From positions 1,472,001-1,536,000 of the forward strand of contig CAVPCR010000001.1 of the NCBI GenBank assembly GCA_963702435.1: a DNA stretch of 64,000 nucleotides. The letters are read 5' to 3'. Under the pieces are notes generated by a model, which ran no database searches, was not told the origin of the DNA, and saw only the letters and a program-made list of their open reading frames with translations. Made by a program: the position numbers and the translations under genes. Shown one piece after another: positions 9,007-17,611 of the stretch (its first letter is position 1; the number at the start of each line of letters is the position of its first letter). This DNA is from Candidatus Eiseniibacteriota bacterium (GTDB taxonomy: Bacteria; Eisenbacteria; RBG-16-71-46; CAVPCR01).

Positions 9007-9699
9007 TCAGGTGGAAGTACCAACTGCACGCTTCGTGGCCACGACAGTGAGAATGTCGTCGTCGCATAGGGGCATGCCATCGCATCGTGATCGAAGCTCT
9101 TGCTCCCTCTCCAGCCAATACGCGGGCCGGGGGCTACGGATCGCAAGCTCTCCGAATGAGCGGAAGAATTCGTCAAAGGGGATCGGGGCGTCGCTTCGGT
9201 CCACATGAACCTCAAGGAGATCGGCATGGGCTTCGACAGCGGACAGCAGGGCGTCCTGCGCGAGGTGCCAGTAGTGCGGATAGCCGACCTCAGCCTGGAG
9301 GGCCAGGAGCAACCCTTGCGCCTCGTGCGTCCGCTGCTTGGCCGCTGACCGAAAATCGTCCAGCGGCTCCTGGAGAAGCAGCCGGTGGCTCGACACCCGG
9401 ATCATCTCGGCCAGCGCCTCGGGCCAAAGTGCCATGTGGTGAAGTGCGGCACGCTCAAGGACCACGGGAAAGGAATCGTTCGCGAATCCAAGCGCCAGTG
9501 CATCCATACGACAGAAGTGGACGGCGGACGGACATCCGCCGCGTCGCCAACCCGCCCCCCCTGAGACCACATCTATCGCAATGACCTCCCCGCACAGCTG
9601 GGTCAAGCCGCGCGTGAAGTGACCACAGCCACAGCCGACATCCAAGATCGAGGCTGGGCTGAACGAACGAATGATCCTCTCAAGTCGGGAATCGGGCAT
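9007..9699 (-). CDS. Cassette: class I SAM-dependent methyltransferase
   Basis: ILDVGCGCG, MDALALGFANDSFPVV, ALHH. Confidence 0.85.
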   Translation of the reverse strand: MPDSRLERIIRSFSPASILDVGCGCGHFTRGLTQLCGEVIAIDVVSGGAGWRRGGCPSAVHFCRMDALALGFANDSFPVVLERAALHHMALWPEALAEMIRVSSHRLLLQEPLDDFRSAAKQRTHEAQGLLLALQAEVGYPHYWHLAQDALLSAVEAHADLLEVHVDRSDAPIPFDEFFRSFGELAIRSPRPAYWLEREQELRSRCDGMPLCDDDILTVVATKRAVGTST

Positions 9700-9726
9700 C
9701 TGCCATGTCCCCAAGATCTGAGATGC

Positions 9727-9834
9727 GCACAACTCCACTGGCCTCAGCCGCGAGCCCGGGCCGTAGGCCTTGTCACGCCGCTTGTTCCAAGCGGCGTGAC
9801 AACAGGGCTCGCCGGCTGCGGGCCATTGTTAGGC
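9727..9834 (-). other. attC site (108 bp)
   Basis: GCACAAC...TTGTCACGCCGCTTG/CAAGCGGCGTGACAA...GTTAGGC. Confidence 0.85.
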
Positions 9835-10406
9835 AGCGTCAGCTGTCGCTCGCGCCAGCCCAGCGTGATCGACTCGCCTACCACGAGCTGCGACCAAGCC
9901 TTGCTGATCTCGTCGAACCGTTCGCAGATTCGTTCGATGTTCTCGGTCGACAGCAACGCAAGTTCTGTTTCCGAGCAGTTATCGCGATCCCTACCTGCGT
10001 ACCCGGCGATCTCTCTGGCCTCTTGCTTGTCCGATCGCCGGGAGGAGCGAGCCAGCCACTCGTGGCGACAGATGTTCGCCATGCGCTCGGTCGTCGCGAG
10101 TTGTTCGCGCCCCTCTCTCGCCAAGCGCTCGCCTCGCCTCTTGCCCTTCCTCCGGACCCGGGCTTGCTCCCGCGATGACATGGCCGCTGGAGCGAGGTAG
10201 AAGGAACCGGCATTGCCGCCAGACGCCAGTTGGCCGAAGATCCCGGCCGTAAGACCCAGTTCCTCTTCGACCACGAAGTGAATGATGTCATGAGGTAGGT
10301 ACGCATCGAATCCGGGAGCCGGGTTCATCTCCACCATGGGGTAGCCGGGACGATGGGCTCGGACCGCGTAGCGACGAGCTCCCGTCTTTACAAACTCGAT
10401 GTCCAT
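9744..10406 (-). CDS. Cassette: hypothetical protein
   Basis: ATG with GGGGAG RBS, PHDIIHFVVE motif; reads through the attC. Confidence 0.65.
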   Translation of the reverse strand: MDIEFVKTGARRYAVRAHRPGYPMVEMNPAPGFDAYLPHDIIHFVVEEELGLTAGIFGQLASGGNAGSFYLAPAAMSSREQARVRRKGKRRGERLAREGREQLATTERMANICRHEWLARSSRRSDKQEAREIAGYAGRDRDNCSETELALLSTENIERICERFDEISKAWSQLVVGESITLGWRERQLTLPNNGPQPASPVVTPLGTSGVTRPTARARG

Positions 10407-10433
10407 GCGTGCACTCCCCTCCAGCGGACTGCT

Positions 10434-10497
10434 GCCTAACGCTTGGCATCACCTGCGAGCCGCGGAGCGGATCGCCAGGTGCGTGCCGGTGTTAGGC
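10434..10497 (-). other. attC site (64 bp)
   Basis: GCCTAAC...GGCATCACCTG...CAGGTGCGTGCC...GTTAGGC. Confidence 0.9.
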
Positions 10498-10542
10498 CAT
10501 CTTGCTTGCCAGTCTGGCCAGCTTGCGGCGCATCTCTGGATC

Positions 10543-11916
10543 TCACTTGGGTGGTTTGTCAAGGTGAATCGTGGTTTGCCAGCCTGTTCTCTCGACTCTG
10601 GCTCCGCGAAACCTGGCACTCAGAGTCGGCAGCACAATCTGCACTGTGTCGGCCTGAGCTTCGACCTGTGGCTCGGCAGGGAGCCTCACGATCGTGACTC
10701 GCCTGACACCATTGAACAATGGGTGCGGTCCTACGCCCTCCGTGAGGACCGTGTCTCCCATCACTTCGAATGTGCCCACATCGTTGCCGAGCCTCAGAAA
10801 CCGCGTATGGAGAAGCCCCGCGTCAAGTCGGCGGACATTCATCGGATCGAATCCCTGAGGCCAGAGCGGCGCCGTCGGGTCTGCTTCGATAACAAGCCGC
10901 CACCCGGGCGCCGATATGATGCGCTGCTCCATCAAGGCTCGGGCGGCCCGCAAGTTCTCCACATCCTTCCGGGCGGCGTCCCGGGCCACCGCGCTGTCTG
11001 CAGCCGTGAACGCGCAGGCCGCAGACCTGTCGACGCGCTGAAGCGCGTCCTCGAGGTCGCTGTCGAGGTAGCGCCTGTTATCGTCGGCGAAGCCCTCACA
11101 CCATCCCGGGTGCAACCGGTCGAGCAGGAGCGCCCAGGCAACGCCCGTGGCATAGGCGCGGCGCCGAACTGCCTCCACAGGGAATCCGCCCGGTGGAAAC
11201 TCCGGCTCGTGACGACCAGCGGCTCGGAACTCCACGTATGTCGCCGTGCCCTCGAGCGTCTCGATGCCGCGCTCGTATGACCCGAAGCTCGGGTCCATTC
11301 TGCCGAACCGCAGGTGCCGGAGCTCAACGGCCTGTTCCGCCCAGCCCGCACCAACGGTGCTGTCCGGCGCAGCAAGGGCTCGCCGCAACGCTTCGGCCTC
11401 AAGCCGACTCAGCGCCAGGAGCTCAGCGTCATCAGTCGGGTAGACGAACAGCTGGGCCTCGTCGGGGCCCCACGTCCGGCCGGTCGTAAACTGGAAGACA
11501 TGGAAGCCCTCATGAACGACCTCCGCCGCGAGATCGCGAAGTGCGTCCTTGTCGATGGGTCCGTTCAGGAGAATTGTCGCTGTTCTGATGCCTCCTATCG
11601 AGGCCGAGGAGTTCGCGACCACAGCCGGATGGCGGCCCGCGAAAACCCGCATGTCCCCCTCATGAGCGAATCCACCAGGAGCGCCCGGATGACGGAAGAG
11701 GTACGTGTTCGTACCGTCGAACACAGCAAGCGGCACTTTAAGCGGATCATAGCCGGGCCAGAGCTCAGAGACGCCCGCGATCTGACGCACCTCGGCCTCG
11801 AGCGCAAGCACGCCAAGCGCCTTGCCGTCAGCGCTCCCGTAGAAGACTAGGCTCACTACGGCACTCGCAATAACAGTCACCCGTCGCATCAAGCTCCTCT
11901 CCGAGCCGGACAGCAT
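10543..11916 (-). CDS. Cassette: secreted protein with HExxH motif (putative metallopeptidase)
   Basis: Signal-like N-terminus, VHEGFHVFQ and EGTATYVE; start at 11916 or 11889. Confidence 0.65.
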   Translation of the reverse strand: MLSGSERSLMRRVTVIASAVVSLVFYGSADGKALGVLALEAEVRQIAGVSELWPGYDPLKVPLAVFDGTNTYLFRHPGAPGGFAHEGDMRVFAGRHPAVVANSSASIGGIRTATILLNGPIDKDALRDLAAEVVHEGFHVFQFTTGRTWGPDEAQLFVYPTDDAELLALSRLEAEALRRALAAPDSTVGAGWAEQAVELRHLRFGRMDPSFGSYERGIETLEGTATYVEFRAAGRHEPEFPPGGFPVEAVRRRAYATGVAWALLLDRLHPGWCEGFADDNRRYLDSDLEDALQRVDRSAACAFTAADSAVARDAARKDVENLRAARALMEQRIISAPGWRLVIEADPTAPLWPQGFDPMNVRRLDAGLLHTRFLRLGNDVGTFEVMGDTVLTEGVGPHPLFNGVRRVTIVRLPAEPQVEAQADTVQIVLPTLSARFRGARVERTGWQTTIHLDKPPK

Positions 11917-11976
11917 AACGCCGCCGTTCACCTGCGGCGAGCGAAGCGAGCCGGCAGGTGCAACGGCCTGTTAGCC
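11913..11976 (-). other. attC site (64 bp)
   Basis: GCATAAC...GTTAGCC; nearly identical to 7272-7335. Confidence 0.9.
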
Positions 11977-12025
11977 CCGAGCTGACACGGCCAGACTCCG
12001 CATCGCCTCCGCGCGAGTGCTCGAG

Positions 12026-12316
12026 CTACAAACCATGGCGAAACAGCCTCGCGCCATGAAAGACGGTCACGATCTCCACCGCCCGTGGCGACAAACGATA
12101 GACGATGCGGTAGTTCCGCCAAAGAACCTCGCGAAGGGTTGGTTCTCCGAACTCCGGGACGATACGCCCGGACTCGGGAAAACTCCGGAGACGCTCAACT
12201 GCATCGACGATGTGCCGGGCTACGAGAGCGCCAAAGTGCGGCGAGTCCCGACTGATGTAATCGCGGATCGACTCGACGTCCGCGATGGCCTGGGGGGACC
12301 GAACGATCTCAATCAC
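12026..12316 (-). CDS. Cassette: RelE/ParE-family toxin (copy 2)
   Basis: Same as 7385-7675 except W>R and S>L substitutions. Confidence 0.85.
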   Translation of the reverse strand: MIEIVRSPQAIADVESIRDYISRDSPHFGALVARHIVDAVERLRSFPESGRIVPEFGEPTLREVLWRNYRIVYRLSPRAVEIVTVFHGARLFRHGL

Positions 12317-12485
12317 CGACGATGCGCCTCTTGGCCTCCTCGTGAGAGATGGCCTGACCGCTATCGAGCTCGCCAAGACCCTTCTGTACCTTGGCGATGA
12401 AGCAAAGTCGTTCGATCGCATCCTCGATGGTCGCATCATCCGGAAGCTGCTGAACCGCCTGAACAACTCGTTGTTTGTCAGTCAT
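12309..12485 (-). CDS. Cassette: 58-aa antitoxin (copy 2)
   Basis: Same sequence as 7668-7844, offset 4641. Confidence 0.85.
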   Translation of the reverse strand: MTDKQRVVQAVQQLPDDATIEDAIERLCFIAKVQKGLGELDSGQAISHEEAKRRIVGD

Positions 12486-12579
12486 CTGACCGAACCTCCA
12501 AGTGACCTGTCCTGCGAGCGTACGCGAACGCCGCGCGTGTCTACAACGACGTCTCCAGTCCGCCGGCTGATGGGGCTAA

Positions 12580-12876
12580 CGAGGGCCTCAGCTGCGGCGG
12601 GCGGCCGCGCACGGCGCTCCTTCGCTACCCTCACCTTCGCGCCGGCCGCCGCCAGCTGCAGGCCCAGGTTCTGCGGCCGCCTCGATGGTGCCCCATGGCG
12701 GCGGTGCCGGCCCTCTTCAGCTCGGCGGTTCGGTCCCGACTCGTCAGCTTCTTCCTACCCCCTCACCACCGGGGGCCGGCGCCGCGCCGCGCGGAGTCCG
12801 CACAACACGACCATTCCCCTCTTCGCCCGATCTTCCTTCTCCCTACACGTCCTCGGCGCTCCATCGGACCACAGAA
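12580..12876 (-). other. ORF-less cassette family B, copy 1 (297 bp; attC 12574-12674)
   Basis: Near-identical to 14830-15126 and 16996-17292 (two substitutions seen). Confidence 0.88.
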
Positions 12877-13824
12877 CGAGGGCCTCAGCTGCGGCGGGCG
12901 GCTGCACCCGGCGCGGCCTCATCGTCCCTACTCCGTGCCGGCCGCCGCCAGCTGCAGGCCGCTGTTCTGTGGCTGGCGGCGGCGTCCCTGCTCGTGGCGG
13001 CGGTGCCGGCCCTCTTCACCGCCGTGGGTCGGCCCCCAGCGCCTCAGCCTCTTCTGGCCACCGTGACCACCCGGGGCCGGCGCCGCGCCGCTGCCAACTT
13101 CCCCCGCCGCCCAAACCACGATCCAGGTGTCGCTCGAGCCAGATCACATAACCTGATCCGCCATCTGCTCAGCGACACGTCAGCACACAGAACGAGGGCC
13201 TCAGCTGCGGCGGGCGGCTGCACCCGGCGCGGCCTCATCGTCCCTACTCCGTGCCGGCCGCCGCCAGCTGCAGGCCGCTGTTCTGTGGCTGGCGGCGGCG
13301 TCCCTGCTCGTGGCGGCGGTGCCGGCCCTCTTCACCGCCGTGGGTCGGCCCCCAGCGCCTCAGCCTCTTCTGGCCACCGTGACCACCCGGGGCCGGCGCC
13401 GCGCCGCTGCCAACTTCCCCCGCCGCCCAAACCACGATCCAGGTGTCGCTCGAGCCAGATCACATAACCTGATCCGCCATCTGCTCAGCGACACGTCAGC
13501 ACACAGAACGAGGGCCTCAGCTGCGGCGGGCGGCTGCACCCGGCGCGGCCTCATCGTCCCTACTCCGTGCCGGCCGCCGCCAGCTGCAGGCCGCTGTTCT
13601 GTGGCTGGCGGCGGCGTCCCTGCTCGTGGCGGCGGTGCCGGCCCTCTTCACCGCCGTGGGTCGGCCCCCAGCGCCTCAGCCTCTTCTGGCCACCGTGACC
13701 ACCCGGGGCCGGCGCCGCGCCGCTGCCAACTTCCCCCGCCGCCCAAACCACGATCCAGGTGTCGCTCGAGCCAGATCACATAACCTGATCCGCCATCTGC
13801 TCAGCGACACGTCAGCACACAGAA
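12877..13824 (-). repeat. ORF-less cassette family C, three tandem 316-bp copies (attC 12871-12970, 13187-13286, 13503-13602)
   Basis: Exact period of 316; each unit carries an ACAGAAC...GTTCTGT attC. Confidence 0.92.
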
Positions 13825-14135
13825 CGCTTGCCTCAGCCGCGGCGGGCGCTCATCGCGGCCCCGTTCTCACCTCTTGCCCGCGCCGCCCGCCGGCGGCTGC
13901 AGGCGAGTGTTCTGCGGCTGCCTCGGCGCCCCCGCTCGTGGCGTCGGTGCCGGCCGTCCCTAGCGCGGCGCCCCGGCCCTCATCACCGACGCCTCTTCCA
14001 GACTCCCTGCCTCCTGCGGCCGGCGCCGCGCCGCAACCAACTTCCCCTCCCGACCAAACATCGATCCAGACCACGCTCGCACCAGATCACATAGCCTGAT
14101 CCGCTCTGTGCTTCCAGCCCCGTCAGCGCGCAGAA
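13825..14135 (-). other. ORF-less cassette family A, copy 2 (311 bp; attC 13819-13915)
   Basis: Diverged homologue of 8593-8902. Confidence 0.85.
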
Positions 14136-14226
14136 CGCTCCGCTTCACCCGCGGCCCGCGGCGATTCTAGCCCGAACTCGGCTGAGCACCAGAGCGCGGG
14201 CCGCCGGGTGCAAGCGGATGTTATGC
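14130..14226 (-). other. attC site (97 bp)
   Basis: GCAGAAC..TCCGCTTCACCCG...CGGGTGCAAGCGGA..GTTATGC. Confidence 0.88.
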
Positions 14227-14827
14227 GTCCGGATCGCGGCGGACCCAACCGCCGTGAATGTCCAGGTTCGCCTGGCCGACGTCGAACGCCGCGGGGTCGG
14301 CTGGTTTGCCAACCCATTCCAGCATCTCTCGGTGTTCCGGATGCTTCGGATTCCCGATGACCTCACGATAGTGCGCGTAGCCGTGGATGCCTCCGACGTC
14401 CTCCGGAGGGCACGCCCGCCTTCCGGCCTCGACGATGGGATACCGTCCGTCATTCCCTGGCGGGAGAAGCGCTTCGAGAATCACCTCGTGCTCCCAGCCA
14501 TCACCGAAGTCATACTCATATCTCAGAACGATCCTTCGGCCGACGGAGTAGCTGGTCAAGGGTCGTCGTCTTCTCACTCAGCCGTATCAAACCAAGCTCG
14601 CGATCTGAGGTTCCGTAGAGCACACCTCCAGCCTCGAATTGGTGCAGGTGACTATCCGTCCAGCCCATGACCGCCTGCAACGAATCGTGCAACCGCTTCA
14701 AGGTGATGCCACCGGGTACGAGGAACCGCCGCCAGATCGGCGGCCGTGATCCTCGCAATGTCACCTTGAGCCTGTAGATCGGCCCACCCGTTTCGCGAAT
14801 CCTCACCTGAGTCTCCTCTGTACGCAT
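14221..14827 (-). pseudogene. Cassette: plasmid pRiA4b ORF-3-family protein with a +1 frameshift near 14527
   Basis: YRLKVTLRGSRPPIWRR..LHDSLQAVMGWTDSHLHQF in one frame, YEYDFGDGWEH..RACPPEDVGG in another. Confidence 0.85.
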
Positions 14828-14829
14828 AA

Positions 14830-15126
14830 CGAGGGCCTCAGCTGCGGCGGGCGGCCGCGCACGGCGCTCCTTCGCTACCCTCACCTTCGCGCCGGCCGCC
14901 GCCAGCTGCAGGCCCAGGTTCTGCGGCCGCCTCGATGATGCCCCATGGCGGCGGTGCCGGCCCTCTTCAGCTCGGCGGTTCGGTCCCCACTCGTCAGCTT
15001 CTTCCTACCCCCTCACCACCGGGGGCCGGCGCCGCGCCGCGCGGAGTCCGCACAACACGACCATTCCCCTCTTCGCCCGATCTTCCTTCTCCCTACACGT
15101 CCTCGGCGCTCCATCGGACCACAGAA
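14830..15126 (-). other. ORF-less cassette family B, copy 2 (attC 14824-14924)
   Basis: Appears identical to 16996-17292. Confidence 0.88.
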
Positions 15127-15216
15127 CGCTCCGCGTAACCGGCCGCCGGCGCGCGAAGCGCGACGGGTACCCACCAGCAACGCTGGTGGGCGGTCCGGTT
15201 CACGCGGAGGTTAGGT
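15121..15216 (-). other. attC site (96 bp)
   Basis: ACAGAAC.CTCCGCGTAACCGG...CCGGTTCACGCGGAG.GTTAGGT. Confidence 0.88.
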
Positions 15217-15234
15217 CTCACTGCAGCTCGCCGG

Positions 15235-15645
15235 TTACTTGGCCCGCATGCGGTTGTTCTTGGCGTGGTGCTCCAGCTCGCAGAGCCCTAGCTCCTCCAT
15301 CAGTGGCGGGACGTAGACACCGAACCTCCCCCGAAGCCCTTTCTTTAGCCCGTACCATCCGCCCACTGGATTGCTAGACGACCTTCCCCAAGCCTCCACT
15401 GTTCCTTCCTTCGCTGGCTTCTGCTCATCCGCACCGCCAAGCTCGACCCAATCGCCTGCCTTCTTGAGCATCGCGTGGAGGTCATCGACGCACCGAGCGT
15501 CGTAGTGCAGAACCGTGCTGCCAACCGTGCACACCAGGATCTTCTTCCCGTCTTTCTCGTCGACGTGCATCGTGAACTCAGAAGTCCCCGGCGGGGTCTT
15601 CAACTTCCACGGGTTGTCTCTTGTTCGATTCAGAGCTGTCCCCAC
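15235..15645 (-). CDS. Cassette: conserved hypothetical protein (possibly DUF6855-like)
   Basis: NPWKLKTPPGTSEF...WYGLKKGLRGRFG; GTG start with AAAGGAG RBS; family name from memory, unverified. Confidence 0.65.
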   Translation of the reverse strand: MGTALNRTRDNPWKLKTPPGTSEFTMHVDEKDGKKILVCTVGSTVLHYDARCVDDLHAMLKKAGDWVELGGADEQKPAKEGTVEAWGRSSSNPVGGWYGLKKGLRGRFGVYVPPLMEELGLCELEHHAKNNRMRAK

Positions 15646-15692
15646 GGTGCTCCTTTCGCTGTGCCGCACCTGCGCACGTGGTTCGTCGTGAG

Positions 15693-15752
15693 GCCTAACG
15701 TTCCGGTTCAGCGGCGGCGCGGAGAGCCGTCCGCTGCAACCGGTTGTTCGGC
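15693..15752 (-). other. attC site (60 bp)
   Basis: GCCTAAC..CCGGTTCAGCGG...CCGCTGCAACCGG.GTTCGGC. Confidence 0.9.
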
Positions 15753-15765
15753 AGCCCCTCTCCGC

Positions 15766-16644
15766 TCATTCCGCGCCAAGTCCAATCAAGAGAAAAGCCC
15801 AGATGGTGATTCCGAACACTAGGCATACAACGTGTCCCGATGACCAGCGGTAGTAGGCCACGCCGGGACTCCGCCGCTGGCTCACGGTATTGATGTAGTT
15901 CTGTATGGGCACAAGACACAGAAAGGATGGGATGAAGGCCGACACGATGCTAGCAGCAATGCTGGGCGCGCGACCGACTATGTTCGCAAGAATCAGCAGA
16001 ACCACCCACCCCGTGGCCAGTGCCCCGGGAGAAAAGGAAGGCACCATGACACAACGGGCCTCCTTATCTTCATGGATGCGACGGAGGAGGCTGTGACAGA
16101 AGAAGACCCCAAAGAAGCCTCGCCAGAACGGTCGGATATTGAGCCCCTCTCGCTCCTTTATGTATCTCCAGTTCCTGTATATCCAATACGCTTCGTAGAG
16201 ACTGAAGGACACAATGGACATGACAATCAGTCTGGCCACCGAAATATGCAGGAACAACGGGGTGGCCTGCGCGACGGCATGTGACGAGGTGGATCCTTCG
16301 CCTGTTTCTGCTTGGTCGGTCACCGTCTCAACTCCTTGGCGATGGGGATGTGGATTTGCTACAGCGAAGAGGAATGGGATGAGCATGCAGTCGCCCACGA
16401 GGCTGATGATGTTCAGTGGAAGCCCGTACAGGTCATAGAATCGGGAAATGTCGAAGTCCAGGGTGTCAAACTTGAGCAGTAGGCGTGGAAGTCGCCATGC
16501 AAGGCTAGCTGCCAGACCGATTCCCAGGTAGGCAACAAGCCATGGCTTACCAGGGAAACCCCTGTGAGTTGCCGCTAGCACTATGAGGATGATGGTTACC
16601 AGAGGGAAGCCCCAGCCGATGATCTCCTGGACCGTTTCCTTCAT
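15766..16644 (-). CDS. Cassette: multi-pass membrane protein
   Basis: Several TM segments, YWIYRNW motif, lower GC, AGGAG RBS. Confidence 0.75.
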   Translation of the reverse strand: MKETVQEIIGWGFPLVTIILIVLAATHRGFPGKPWLVAYLGIGLAASLAWRLPRLLLKFDTLDFDISRFYDLYGLPLNIISLVGDCMLIPFLFAVANPHPHRQGVETVTDQAETGEGSTSSHAVAQATPLFLHISVARLIVMSIVSFSLYEAYWIYRNWRYIKEREGLNIRPFWRGFFGVFFCHSLLRRIHEDKEARCVMVPSFSPGALATGWVVLLILANIVGRAPSIAASIVSAFIPSFLCLVPIQNYINTVSQRRSPGVAYYRWSSGHVVCLVFGITIWAFLLIGLGAE

Positions 16645-16685
16645 GCTTTGCTCCTATCGGGCTGAACCAGAGCTCGTCTGCCGAA

Positions 16686-16995
16686 CGCTTGCCTCAGCCG
16701 CGGCGGGCGTCACCGCGGCCTCGTTCTCACCTCTTCCCAGCGCCGCCCGCCGTCGGCTGCAGGCGAGTGTTCTGAGGCTGGCTCGCCGTCCCTGCTCATG
16801 GCGGCGGTGCCGGCCGTCCCCAGCGCCGCGCCCCGGCCCTCATCACCGACGCCTCTTCCAGACTCCCTGCCACCTGCGGCCGGCGCCGCGCCGCAACCAA
16901 CTTCCCCTCGTGACCAATCATCGATCCAGACCACGCTCGCACCAGGCCGCATGACCTGATCCGCCCCCTGCTTCCAGCCCCGTCAGCGCTCAGAA
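16686..16995 (-). other. ORF-less cassette family A, copy 3 (310 bp; attC 16680-16775)
   Basis: Body bounded by GTTCTGA and TCAGAAC. Confidence 0.85.
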
Positions 16996-17292
16996 CGAGG
17001 GCCTCAGCTGCGGCGGGCGGCCGCGCACGGCGCTCCTTCGCTACCCTCACCTTCGCGCCGGCCGCCGCCAGCTGCAGGCCCAGGTTCTGCGGCCGCCTCG
17101 ATGATGCCCCATGGCGGCGGTGCCGGCCCTCTTCAGCTCGGCGGTTCGGTCCCCACTCGTCAGCTTCTTCCTACCCCCTCACCACCGGGGGCCGGCGCCG
17201 CGCCGCGCGGAGTCCGCACAACACGACCATTCCCCTCTTCGCCCGATCTTCCTTCTCCCTACACGTCCTCGGCGCTCCATCGGACCACAGAA
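16996..17292 (-). other. ORF-less cassette family B, copy 3, first in the array (attC 16990-17090)
   Basis: Directly adjacent to the candidate attI. Confidence 0.88.
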
Positions 17293-17350
17293 CGCTTAGT
17301 ATCTGGCTTGGACAGCCCGCCAAGAGCTGCGGGACGCTGGCGTCCATCCG
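17287..17350 (-). other. Candidate attI site
   Basis: The last ACAGAAC (17287-17293) is not followed by an attC palindrome; minus strand reads ...CCAGATACTAAGC-G/TTCTGT; extent is approximate. Confidence 0.65.
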
Positions 17351-17611
17351 GGCCGTGAGCACCCGGCCGCGGACCTGGCCGCTCATCGCGGCGCCGTCTC
17401 CGCTCCCGCCTCGCCGTCGACCTGGTCCACGGATCGCGACCTGGATCGACTGCAAGGGACCGCGACGTATCCGGATAATGGTCGCCCCTCTCCACCTTCG
17501 CTGTCTATCAGGATAACGAGAGCTTTCGTGGACTCCCACGGGATCCCATGGGCCCGGTGCCCGAAGAACTGCTGCAGACTGCGCGCGACTCGCGCCTCAA
17601 GCGCCCCCCCC

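Larger units (their letters stand above)
6482..17350 (-). mobile_element. Integron cassette array: 19 attC-delimited cassettes plus candidate attI
   Basis: 19 imperfect palindromes bounded by xxxxAAC...GTTxxxx, minus-strand genes between them, integron integrase adjacent. Confidence 0.93.

Noticed and set aside
12574..14136. Regular repeats as a CRISPR array
   Set aside because: Units are about 300 bp with 96-101 bp attC palindromes, there are no unique spacers between short repeats, and no cas genes are present
12928..16952. Short track ORFs in families A, B and C (e.g. MVWAAGEVG..., MVWIDVWSG..., MAAVPALF...) as proteins
   Set aside because: Frames are not conserved across copies and families, they overlap attC sites, and the composition is low-complexity; a small peptide cannot be fully excluded
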